A stretch of 64,000 nucleotides of DNA from positions 52,537 to 116,536 of the forward strand of contig JAJYNW010000005.1 in NCBI GenBank assembly GCA_021786105.1, given 5' to 3'. The position numbers and the translations under genes were made by a program. Each line of letters opens with the position of its first letter. Position 1 is the first letter of the stretch. This stretch comes from a bacterium. Its GTDB lineage: Bacteria; Patescibacteriota; Microgenomatia; Daviesbacterales; UBA10151. Under the pieces are notes generated by a model. The model worked only from the letters and a program-made list of their open reading frames with translations, ran no database searches and was not told where the DNA came from. Shown here piece after piece: positions 1 to 8,322 of the stretch.

Positions 1-684
1 TTTACTCCTGAATTATTCAAAAAAATCAACTTAGAAAGGCTTCCCTGGAAGGAACAAACTTTTATTGTCCAACCGGCATTTTTGCATGAGGCGGTCATAG
101 CCGGGGCCAAATATAAAGAGGTGCCGCTGGTTTTTGGTGATCGGGCGGAAGGGTATTCGAAAAACAAGGTTCTCAACTACACCTATGATGTTATAACTTA
201 CGCTGTTGATGCCAGGTTGCATGCTTGGGGAATTAACATCCCTTTTTTCAAGGTGACCAGGAAAGCTAAAACTTTAATAAAGTTTAGTTTGGTGGGGTTG
301 TTAGGAACTTTCGTCGACTTCTTCTTTTATAAATTATTTATCGGCAGTTTTAATATTCCTCCGGCTACTTCCAAAGGCATGTCAGCGGAATTAGCCATCA
401 TGAACAACTTTTTCTTTAATAATTTTTGGACTTTCCGCTCACGAAAAACCAATACTAACACTTGGCAAAGATTGGGAATGTTTAATCTTTTTAGTTTGGG
501 AGGGTTGGTAATGGGGGTGCTCATAGTTAAATTCCTGCATACGTTATATGGAGATGGTTTTGCAACTGTAGGAAATTTTAAGGTGGCATACAATAACTTT
601 TATTTCTTTGCCACCATCCCTCCGGTTTTAGTTTGGAACTTTACCATAAATCATTTTATTACCTGGAAAAAACAAAAAGACTGA
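1..684 (+). CDS. 5'-truncated (continues upstream of window) GT2 glycosyltransferase C-terminal region fused to a GtrA-like 4-TM flippase domain
   Basis: Frame is open from nt 1 with no stop before the listed ORF at 82. The C-terminal ~120 aa has a GtrA-family pattern (KFSLVGLLGTFVDFFFY ... NNFFFNNFWTFRSRK; N-F-x-x-N-x-x-W-T-F). The upstream part resembles the tail of DPM1-like GT2 enzymes. Confidence 0.6.
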   Translation, partial: FTPELFKKINLERLPWKEQTFIVQPAFLHEAVIAGAKYKEVPLVFGDRAEGYSKNKVLNYTYDVITYAVDARLHAWGINIPFFKVTRKAKTLIKFSLVGLLGTFVDFFFYKLFIGSFNIPPATSKGMSAELAIMNNFFFNNFWTFRSRKTNTNTWQRLGMFNLFSLGGLVMGVLIVKFLHTLYGDGFATVGNFKVAYNNFYFFATIPPVLVWNFTINHFITWKKQKD

Positions 685-933
685 TTAAAGATTTGTAAAT
701 ATTCGGACTAAGGCAAAAAACGCGATTGCTACCCAAATAATGTTAAGTACTGCTGGCTGGTAGTTTCTCTTATAAAATGAAATAGCTATAATTCCGATTG
801 CTCCGGTTAGGTTAAGGAGTTGATATAAAATAGTATTTGAATTTAGCAAGGACCAACTTACAAGTGCGTAAGACCCAACGATTGCTGCAGTCCCATACCA
901 GCCAAAAATTTCAATTAGTTGCTTTTTTGCCAT
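685..933 (-). CDS. small (~83 aa) 3-TM membrane protein, possibly LAB_N/PQ-loop-like; candidate lipid-linked sugar translocase accessory
   Basis: Track ORF is 685..999; start refined to the ATG at 933 (MAKKQLIEIFGWYG...) so that it abuts rather than overlaps the upstream gene, which ends at 938. Three hydrophobic segments. Size and topology resemble lipid-A-disaccharide-synthase N-terminal-domain proteins. Confidence 0.4.
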   Translation of the reverse strand: MAKKQLIEIFGWYGTAAIVGSYALVSWSLLNSNTILYQLLNLTGAIGIIAISFYKRNYQPAVLNIIWVAIAFFALVRIFTNL

Positions 934-937
934 ATTC

Positions 938-2122
938 TTAATTGAAAATTTGTGGGTTGGGGAAAGGCGCGGTGTTAGCCAAAATGAAATTTTGGGCATA
1001 AAGATAAATTGCCAAGGTAATAATTACTAAGACTATTTTAAACTCCTTGGAAGTAAGGTATCTCTCGAAAGCGATTAAGACAAAAGGAAAGATTGGTAAA
1101 ACATAACGGCTGACATCCCGGTGGGCAACAAAAGTAGTCGCCCCAAGATAAGTGAGAGTGAAGAAAGCTAGGGGATAAAGCTTCTTCTTAAAAAGCGCTA
1201 TTCCTCCGGCAAACCCTAAAAGAAGGATATAAACTATGTCTTCCAGCCACATACTTCCGACCCAGAATTGGTTTTTATTAAAGACTTGGTAAGGGGGGAA
1301 GGTAAGGTGAATATTGTCTCCGCTATGAAAGTAAGCGAAAAAATCTCCGTAGCTTATGGAATACCAATAAAATATCCCCAATAGTGTTAAAGGGGCAAGG
1401 ATTAAAGGGAAATAGGAAATTTTTAAGGAGATAATGCGCGGAAAAATATTATTCCATCCACCCTTAGCAAGTTTCCAAAGCAGATAGAGCGCTAAAGAGA
1501 TAAACAACAAAATTCCGGGGGGCCGGGTAATTTGAGCACCTAACCCGGAAATTCCTGCCAAAACAATAAATAAATAATTCTTTTTATCCTCATATTTCAT
1601 AAAGAAGTATAAAGTGAGAATGGTAAAGAAAATAAACATTGGCTCAGCAGAGCCAACCGTATGGACCACCAACCAACGGGCCGGAAGAATTAAAAAGACA
1701 ACGCTCAAAAACAGCGGGTGTTCGCTAAGCTTAAAATCCCGAACCAGAAAATAGAAAGTAATTGCCGAAAGAACGGTAAAGCCTACAGCCACAAAAATCA
1801 TTGATTTTAAAAAGCCCAAAATTGGGGCAAAAACTAGAATTGAAAGGGCATATCCGGGGAAATGAGCGGCAAAATAACCAGCTGGCATTGACTGGGGTAG
1901 GGTGGCAAAGGCTGGGGGACTATAAAGAGTTTTGGCGATCATGACATATTCCAGCCCGTCAAAATTCCTATAGATTGTGTTGAACCCTTCAGAGAAATTT
2001 AATCCATAAAAATTAGGGATTCTCAGGATATGAGGAAGCCAAACTAATAAAGTAATACCTAATGTTGCCAGTATAATTATAGAAATATCTATGAAGGTCT
2101 TCTTCGAGGTAGAAGTTTCCAT
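938..2122 (-). CDS. polytopic GT-C-fold glycosyltransferase, PIG-V (mannosyltransferase)-like
   Basis: About 10 predicted TM helices. Motif FDGLEYVMIAKTLY ... FPGYALSI resembles PIG-V family and the paralog at 38949 (FDGVHFLRIAMLGY ... FFPLYPLL). Confidence 0.5.
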   Translation of the reverse strand: METSTSKKTFIDISIIILATLGITLLVWLPHILRIPNFYGLNFSEGFNTIYRNFDGLEYVMIAKTLYSPPAFATLPQSMPAGYFAAHFPGYALSILVFAPILGFLKSMIFVAVGFTVLSAITFYFLVRDFKLSEHPLFLSVVFLILPARWLVVHTVGSAEPMFIFFTILTLYFFMKYEDKKNYLFIVLAGISGLGAQITRPPGILLFISLALYLLWKLAKGGWNNIFPRIISLKISYFPLILAPLTLLGIFYWYSISYGDFFAYFHSGDNIHLTFPPYQVFNKNQFWVGSMWLEDIVYILLLGFAGGIALFKKKLYPLAFFTLTYLGATTFVAHRDVSRYVLPIFPFVLIAFERYLTSKEFKIVLVIITLAIYLYAQNFILANTAPFPNPQIFN

Positions 2123-2150
2123 ATTCTAGGTTTAATGTTACCATACAACT

Positions 2151-2846
2151 ATGTCAGTGGACAGGTTATCAGTTTTTTTCCCGGCTTATAACGAAGAACA
2201 GAATATTGCCTTAACGGTTGAACAGGCATTAAAGGTTTTAAAAACTCTTGGGCTAAAAAACTATGAAGTGATCATTGTGGATGATGGTTCCAGGGATGAC
2301 ACAGGTAAAATCGCTGATGAGCTTGCTGTAGAATATCCCGAAGTAAAGGTGGTTCATCAGAAGAATCGTGGTTACGGCGGAGCGTTAAAAACCGGGTTTG
2401 AAAATTCAAAATATGAATGGGTAGCATTTGCTGATTCTGATGGACAGTTTGACTTTACGGATATCACCAAGTTTTTGAATGAAGCTGATCGAGGAGACCT
2501 AATAGTGGGGTACCGCATTAAAAGGGCAGATTCTACGCTCCGGAAAATTACTACGTTTGGATGGAAAACAATCGCTAGAATTTTGATGGGTCTTAATGTC
2601 AGAGATTATTCATGTGGCTTCAAATTAATTAAAAAAGAAGTTTATGAAGCTGTTCTTCCTTTGGTTGGGGAAGAAAAAGTAACCCAGATTGAAATGTTGG
2701 TCAAAGCTAAGAGGCTTGGATTTAAGTTTGTGGAAGTCGGAGTACCTCATTATCCTCGAAAATTTGGTATCCAAACCGGGGCCAATTTGAAGGTTGTGCT
2801 AAAGAGTATCTCTGACCTTTTTAAACTCTGGTGGAAAATCCGTTAA
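2151..2846 (+). CDS. GT2 polyprenyl-phosphate sugar synthase (DPM1/GtrB-like, soluble form)
   Basis: N-terminal LSVFFPAYNEE, IIVDDGSRDDT, GYGGALKTG and DSDGQFD motifs typical of DPM1/GtrB-like GT-A enzymes. Confidence 0.8.
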   Translation: MSVDRLSVFFPAYNEEQNIALTVEQALKVLKTLGLKNYEVIIVDDGSRDDTGKIADELAVEYPEVKVVHQKNRGYGGALKTGFENSKYEWVAFADSDGQFDFTDITKFLNEADRGDLIVGYRIKRADSTLRKITTFGWKTIARILMGLNVRDYSCGFKLIKKEVYEAVLPLVGEEKVTQIEMLVKAKRLGFKFVEVGVPHYPRKFGIQTGANLKVVLKSISDLFKLWWKIR

Positions 2847-2847
2847 G

Positions 2848-4356
2848 ATGAAGCCTTTTATTGCTTGGGTTAGGAAAAATCGTTTAGAAGTAGCAATTAT
2901 TGTGCTAATTTTTTTCATGGCTGCATTCATGCGGTTTTACAATCTATCCGGCTACATGACTTTTTTGGGAGATGAGGGTCGGGATGCAATCATAATAAAA
3001 CAGATTTTGGTGGACCATAATCTACCATTTATTGGGCCTCCGACATCGGTGGGGAACATCTACCTTGGTCCTTTTTATTACTACATGATGGCGGTATCGG
3101 AGACTTTCTTTTGGTTAAATCCGGTGGCAGCAGCGGGAATGGTGGCGGGGATCGGCGTAGCGACAGTATTTTTAGTCTATTATCTGGCTCGACGCTGGTT
3201 TGGGTTTTTACCAGCTGTACTCGCAGCATCGCTTTACGCTATTTCGCCGATAAATATCATCTATTCCCGTTCTTCCTGGAACCCCGATCCGGCACCGTTT
3301 TTTGCACTACTAGCTATCTTAGGAATCTATCAAGCCCGGGAGAGCCGGAATTTCCGCTGGTTTATCTTAACCGGGGTAAGTCTGGCGGCAGCTTTACAGA
3401 TGCATTATCTGGCGATGATTTTGATCCCGATATTGGGTTTACTATGGCTGTATGAATTAGTAGTTACCAAGACCAAAAATTATAGAAATTTCTGGACCAG
3501 TACTTTAGGAGCAGTTCTTGCCTTTATCTTAATTATGCTTCCACTGGTGCTTTTTGATTTCAAACACAATTTCCTTAATTTCAAAGCAATGACGTCATTA
3601 TTTTTTGGTGGAGGGAATTCTGTCGGGTTTAGTTTTTCCTCAACTTTAGGCCGGGTCCCTGCTATTTTTAATAACTTGTTAATTGAGAGGTATATTGGAG
3701 GGCAGACTGATTTTATTGGATATACTGTCTCGGTATTAGTGCTGCTTACTTTAGGGTTTGCCATTTGGAAGAAGTTTACTAAAGAGAGGGTTAGTTGGCC
3801 CTATTTTGCCTTAGGAACTTGGTTGGTGCTAGGAATTATAGGGATCTCTCTTTACCGCCAGCAGATCTATGACCATTACTTGGGTTTTGTAAATCCTGCT
3901 CCATTTTTACTTCTCGGGGGATTGGTTAGCTTTCTAAAAGGAAGGAAGCAACTGGCTTTAATGTTGGTGCTTTTGCTAACTTTGGGGATATTCAATATTG
4001 CCAAATCTCCGCTGCAATATTCACCCAACAATCAGCTCCAAAGGACTCAAGAGATTGCCAAGTTTATAATCACTGAATCGGGAAATAAGCCGTTTAATTT
4101 TGCTCTTTTGGCGGAACATAACTATGATTCAGCCTACCAGTATTACTTAGATATTTATGGCCACAAGCCAAAAGTTGTGCCTGATGAGATTACTGATCAG
4201 CTTTTTGTGGTTTGTGAAGATGTGGTTTGTAATCCTGTAGGCAGTCCAAAGTATGAAATAGCTGCCTTTGGTTGGGCAAAAGTAGAAAACAGATGGCAGG
4301 TGTTGGGAGTAAAAGTTTACAAATTGGTGCCTAATCCAACAGGTAAACCTTCCTGA
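2848..4356 (+). CDS. GT-C-fold membrane glycosyltransferase, ArnT/PMT-like (GT39/GT83-like)
   Basis: Multi-TM N-terminal region with an early loop DE motif (FLGDEGRDA) and a C-terminal soluble domain. Directly follows a GT2 Dol-P/Und-P-sugar synthase, a GtrB-GtrC-like pairing. Confidence 0.65.
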   Translation: MKPFIAWVRKNRLEVAIIVLIFFMAAFMRFYNLSGYMTFLGDEGRDAIIIKQILVDHNLPFIGPPTSVGNIYLGPFYYYMMAVSETFFWLNPVAAAGMVAGIGVATVFLVYYLARRWFGFLPAVLAASLYAISPINIIYSRSSWNPDPAPFFALLAILGIYQARESRNFRWFILTGVSLAAALQMHYLAMILIPILGLLWLYELVVTKTKNYRNFWTSTLGAVLAFILIMLPLVLFDFKHNFLNFKAMTSLFFGGGNSVGFSFSSTLGRVPAIFNNLLIERYIGGQTDFIGYTVSVLVLLTLGFAIWKKFTKERVSWPYFALGTWLVLGIIGISLYRQQIYDHYLGFVNPAPFLLLGGLVSFLKGRKQLALMLVLLLTLGIFNIAKSPLQYSPNNQLQRTQEIAKFIITESGNKPFNFALLAEHNYDSAYQYYLDIYGHKPKVVPDEITDQLFVVCEDVVCNPVGSPKYEIAAFGWAKVENRWQVLGVKVYKLVPNPTGKPS

Positions 4357-4380
4357 AGTTGTGTATAATAAAAGTTAAGA

Positions 4381-5127
4381 ATGAGTAATCCCAAATTATC
4401 AGTTATTATTCCCGCTTATAATGCTGCAGAAGACTTAAAACGGGGAATATTAGATGATGTGGCCAAATACCTAGCGAAGCAGGGTTACCCCTCCGAAGTG
4501 TTAATTGTCAATGACGGTTCATCTGACCAAACCGCAGAAATTGTTAAGAAAAATATCGCTGATAAGAAAAGTTTCCGGTTGATCGATAATCCACATAAAG
4601 GAAAAGCGGTGACGGTAATGACCGGGCTTTTAGAAAGCTGTGGGGAGATTGCGGTTTTTACCGATGTTGACCAGTCCACTCCGCTTCCTGAAATTGAGAA
4701 ATTTTTTCCTAAATTTGAGCAAGGGTTTGATATTGTAATTGGTTCCAGATCAGGAAGGTCAGGATCTCCTTTTATTCGGAAGATTGCAACTTTGGGATTT
4801 TCAATCTTAAGAACAGTTATTTTAGGTTTGAATATCTCCGATACCCAATGTGGGTTTAAAGCTTTTGACAGAAAAGCTATAGAACAAATTTTCCCTCCAC
4901 TGCTTAAAAAATACCAAGAGGTAAATGTTTCGGGGCGGGCTTTAAATGCTGATTTTGATGCGGGATTTTTGTTTTTAGCCGGAAAGAAAGGCTTAAAAAT
5001 TGCCGAAGTTAAAGTTGATTGGCATGATGAAAATCCGGAATCCGCTAATCTGGTTAAAAACGCTATTGATACTATCAAAGGGATGATCAGAATTCGGGTT
5101 AGTGATTTCCGGGGAGAGTATGCTTAA
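4381..5127 (+). CDS. GT2 polyprenyl-phosphate sugar synthase (DPM1/GtrB-like)
   Basis: LSVIIPAYNAAEDL, VLIVNDGSSDQT and DVDQSTP (DxD-like) motifs; paralog of 2151..2846. Confidence 0.8.
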   Translation: MSNPKLSVIIPAYNAAEDLKRGILDDVAKYLAKQGYPSEVLIVNDGSSDQTAEIVKKNIADKKSFRLIDNPHKGKAVTVMTGLLESCGEIAVFTDVDQSTPLPEIEKFFPKFEQGFDIVIGSRSGRSGSPFIRKIATLGFSILRTVILGLNISDTQCGFKAFDRKAIEQIFPPLLKKYQEVNVSGRALNADFDAGFLFLAGKKGLKIAEVKVDWHDENPESANLVKNAIDTIKGMIRIRVSDFRGEYA

Positions 5128-6670
5128 TCTATTAAAAACTCGCAAAGTGGAGTGCCTATCCTTAATCCTTTTAATAGGACTTTATTTTGTTTTAAGACTA
5201 CCACATTTAACTTTGCAGCCGATTTTTGCTGACGAGGCAATCTATATTCGCTGGGCCCAAGTGATGGTAGCAGAACCAACCCTTCGATTTTTACCCGTTA
5301 CTGATGGCAAAACACCACTTTTTATGTGGATCATGATGCCTTCATTCAAGTTTTTCGTTGACCCACTACTAACCGGGAGGATTTTGTCTGTTTTTGCCGG
5401 AGCTGCTACTTTGGCGGGAGTGTTCTTTTTAGGGTGGAAGTTTTTCAACTTGAGAAGTGGTTTGTGGGCAGCCCTTCTTGTTGCCGTTACCCCATTTATA
5501 GTTTTTTTTGACCGTTTGGCTTTGGTGGATTCCATGTTGGCAGCTTTTTCGCTTTGGGCGTTAATTTTGGGTTTATTGGTTGTGAAATATTTACGGGTAG
5601 ATTTAGCAATGTGTTTAGGGTACGCCTTGGGGGGTGCGTTACTAACTAAAACTCCAGCAATGTTTAATTTCATTGCCCTCCCTTTCACTATTTTAACTAC
5701 GAATTTTTCTCGGGTCGGTAGAGAAAAAAGGTTCTTAAAGATATTGTTGCTGTGGATTTTAGCAGTTGGCATTGCTCTGGTAATGTATAATTTTTTAAGG
5801 CTTGGACCGAGTTTTGAAAAACTTAATGCCAGGAATCAAGATTACGTTTTTTCCCCATTGGAGCTTGTTGGGAGGCCATTGGATCCTTTTATCCCTCACT
5901 TCCATGATGTTACTGAATTTTTCTCCAAATTAGTGGGAATAGTTGGGTCCTTGTTTGTAATTTTAGGAGTTATTTTGGCTATTGTTAAGAGAAACCGTGT
6001 GGGGTTGGTTATTTTGATTTGGAGTTTAATTCCGCTTTTAATCGAGATGGCTTTCCTAAAGACATTTACTGCAAGGTATATTCTCTCTTCTATTGCCCCG
6101 CTTCTTATTTTAGCTGGATGGGGAATTTCCGAGATTGAGAAATTGATGACTGCAAGAATAAAAAATAAAGTATTGCCCGCACTAGCTCTTTTTATAGTAA
6201 TTGTTTTTTACCCGTTGTCTTTTGATTACTTATTGATAACTGCTCCTGCTCAGGCGGCAGTTCCGGTGAACGACCATAAAGGTTATTTTGAGGAATGGAC
6301 TGCAGGTTATGGGTTTCCTGAGATTGCTCAATTTTTAATTGGGAAAGCCCAGAACGGTCCGGTTATAGTTTTGACGGAGGGATTTTTTGGGACGCTTCCG
6401 GATGGATTGGAAATTTACCTGGAAAAGTATATCCATCAAGCGCCGAAAGGACATGAGATTGTAGTAAAAGGTACAGGCGGCATCAAGATTCCTGAAGATA
6501 TAAGAAAAACAGCATTGACTAGTCAAGTGTATTTTGTTGCCAACCGTTCCCGGTTAGACCCTCTTCCGCCGGGGGTTGAATTAATTAAGGAATTCCCTAA
6601 AAATAAAACTTATATTAATTCACAGGAAGCGATCTTTCTTTTTAAAGTTTTGCCGGAGGTTAAAAAATGA
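5120..6670 (+). CDS. GT-C-fold membrane glycosyltransferase, ArnT/PMT-like
   Basis: Track ORF begins at GTG 5102; the ATG at 5120 is preceded by GGGGAGAG. Loop motif FADEAIYIRW (DE) after TM1, more than 10 TM helices, C-terminal soluble domain. Confidence 0.6.
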   Translation: MLNLLKTRKVECLSLILLIGLYFVLRLPHLTLQPIFADEAIYIRWAQVMVAEPTLRFLPVTDGKTPLFMWIMMPSFKFFVDPLLTGRILSVFAGAATLAGVFFLGWKFFNLRSGLWAALLVAVTPFIVFFDRLALVDSMLAAFSLWALILGLLVVKYLRVDLAMCLGYALGGALLTKTPAMFNFIALPFTILTTNFSRVGREKRFLKILLLWILAVGIALVMYNFLRLGPSFEKLNARNQDYVFSPLELVGRPLDPFIPHFHDVTEFFSKLVGIVGSLFVILGVILAIVKRNRVGLVILIWSLIPLLIEMAFLKTFTARYILSSIAPLLILAGWGISEIEKLMTARIKNKVLPALALFIVIVFYPLSFDYLLITAPAQAAVPVNDHKGYFEEWTAGYGFPEIAQFLIGKAQNGPVIVLTEGFFGTLPDGLEIYLEKYIHQAPKGHEIVVKGTGGIKIPEDIRKTALTSQVYFVANRSRLDPLPPGVELIKEFPKNKTYINSQEAIFLFKVLPEVKK

Positions 6671-8322
6671 ACCTAATAAAAAAAATTACCTGGGTTTTTT
6701 TAATAATTTTGGTTTCCATACCGGCGTTATTACCTTTAACTAGGCAAGGATTCTTCCCTACCCAAGATTTTATTCATGTAGCCAGAATCTACGAGATGGA
6801 CAAGGCTTTAAAGATAGGCCAGTTTCCAGTCAGGTGGGTTCCTGATTTTCGCTATGGTGAGCCAACCTTTGATTTTTATGCCCCGCTCCCATTCTATCTA
6901 GGATCATTAATTCACAACCTGAACTTTAGTTTCCTGGATACAACCAAAATTCTTTTCGGTTTAAGTTTCCTGCTCTCCGGTTTGGCGATGTACCTCCTGT
7001 CAAAGGAATTTTTCGGAAAGGTCGGTGGACTTATCTCAGCAACTTTATATATTTATGCGCCGTATCATTCCGTAGATATCTATGTTCGGGGAGCCTTATC
7101 AGAATCACTCGCGCTAATATTTTTCCCGCTAATTTTTTTAACTGCATTCAGACTAACAAAAGAAGTTAATACTAAAAATATTGCCTTGACTGCACTATCT
7201 TTTGGCGGGCTTTTCCTGACACACAACGTTATGACTGTGCTTTTCACCCCTTTTGCTTTGGGCTGGTTAGCATTTTTGGTTTGGAGGGAGAGGAACTTAA
7301 AGTTAATAAAACCTTTTGGAGTTTCACTTTTGCTTGGCGCAGGCCTTGCCGCAACATTTATGCTGCCGGCATTTTTTGAAAAGAATTTAGTCCAGTCGGA
7401 TAAGATGATTACCGGATACTTTGATTATCGCGGCCATTTCGTGGAAATTAAACAGTTCTTTTCGACATTTTGGGGATATGGGGCATCTTTGTGGGGTCCT
7501 GAAGACGGTATGTCTTTTCAGGTGGGGCTTGTCCATTGGGCCGTTTTTGGTTTGTCCCTTATTACCTCTTTTGTATTCTTTAAAAACAAAAAACAACTCT
7601 ACTTAATTTTGGCTTTGGCTGCAGCCTTCTTGTTTTCATTATTTATGCAGCACAATAAGTCCACCCCTATCTGGACCCACCTTTCACTTTTGGCTTACAC
7701 CCAATTTCCCTGGAGGTTCTTGGGAATTTCGATATTCCTGGTTTCTTTTATTGGTGGGGTATTAGGAACTGTCTTTAAAAAGAAGTTGGTTATCCTGGCG
7801 TTAGTCTTAATCGTTGCAACTGTTTACTTTAATATAAACTTTTTCCACCCGGAGTCATATTATTTGGATTCCATAGATGCTCATTATGTAGGCCCGGAAG
7901 TTTTGGCAAATGGTGATAAATTACCGAAGGATTATTTACCTATTTGGGTTCAGGATTTACAGAGAGACAGGATTATATTCCCCCATACAGTAGGAGGGGA
8001 GGCAATAATTTCTAATTATCAAAATAATTCAACTTCCGCGCAGTTTCAGGCAAAAGTAACCAAAGATGCGGACATTGAAGTACCTTTAACCTACTTTCCA
8101 GGATGGCAAGCTTCAGCAAACAATAAACCAGTCAATCTTGAAACTCCGGATAAATATGGGTTGATTAGAATAAAATTGACACCAGGAGACTACAATGTAA
8201 AATTAACGTTCTTGGATACTCCAATAAGAAGTTTTGGCAATGCCTTATCCATTGTCTCTCTTGTGACAATTATCGGCTTGCTGGCTATGAAAAAGTTTAA
8301 ATTTAAACCATGGTTAACCTAA
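6667..8322 (+). CDS. YfhO-like GT-C-fold membrane glycosyltransferase (tandem paralog 1)
   Basis: Polytopic N-terminal region. C-terminus has the YfhO-type signature (LTYFPGWQASANNKPVNL) followed by a final TM helix. ATGA overlap with the upstream gene. Confidence 0.55.
   Translation: MNLIKKITWVFLIILVSIPALLPLTRQGFFPTQDFIHVARIYEMDKALKIGQFPVRWVPDFRYGEPTFDFYAPLPFYLGSLIHNLNFSFLDTTKILFGLSFLLSGLAMYLLSKEFFGKVGGLISATLYIYAPYHSVDIYVRGALSESLALIFFPLIFLTAFRLTKEVNTKNIALTALSFGGLFLTHNVMTVLFTPFALGWLAFLVWRERNLKLIKPFGVSLLLGAGLAATFMLPAFFEKNLVQSDKMITGYFDYRGHFVEIKQFFSTFWGYGASLWGPEDGMSFQVGLVHWAVFGLSLITSFVFFKNKKQLYLILALAAAFLFSLFMQHNKSTPIWTHLSLLAYTQFPWRFLGISIFLVSFIGGVLGTVFKKKLVILALVLIVATVYFNINFFHPESYYLDSIDAHYVGPEVLANGDKLPKDYLPIWVQDLQRDRIIFPHTVGGEAIISNYQNNSTSAQFQAKVTKDADIEVPLTYFPGWQASANNKPVNLETPDKYGLIRIKLTPGDYNVKLTFLDTPIRSFGNALSIVSLVTIIGLLAMKKFKFKPWLT

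Noticed and set aside
3029-5772. Antisense or alternative-frame ORFs from the track (for example 3029..3229-, 3111..3455+, 3480..3764-, 4485..5078-, 5242..5772-, 19417..19887-, 20389..20676+, 25063..25296-, 26451..26765-)
   Set aside because: All lie wholly within, or antisense to, long well-supported glycosyltransferase genes and have low-complexity, biased composition; treated as shadow ORFs.
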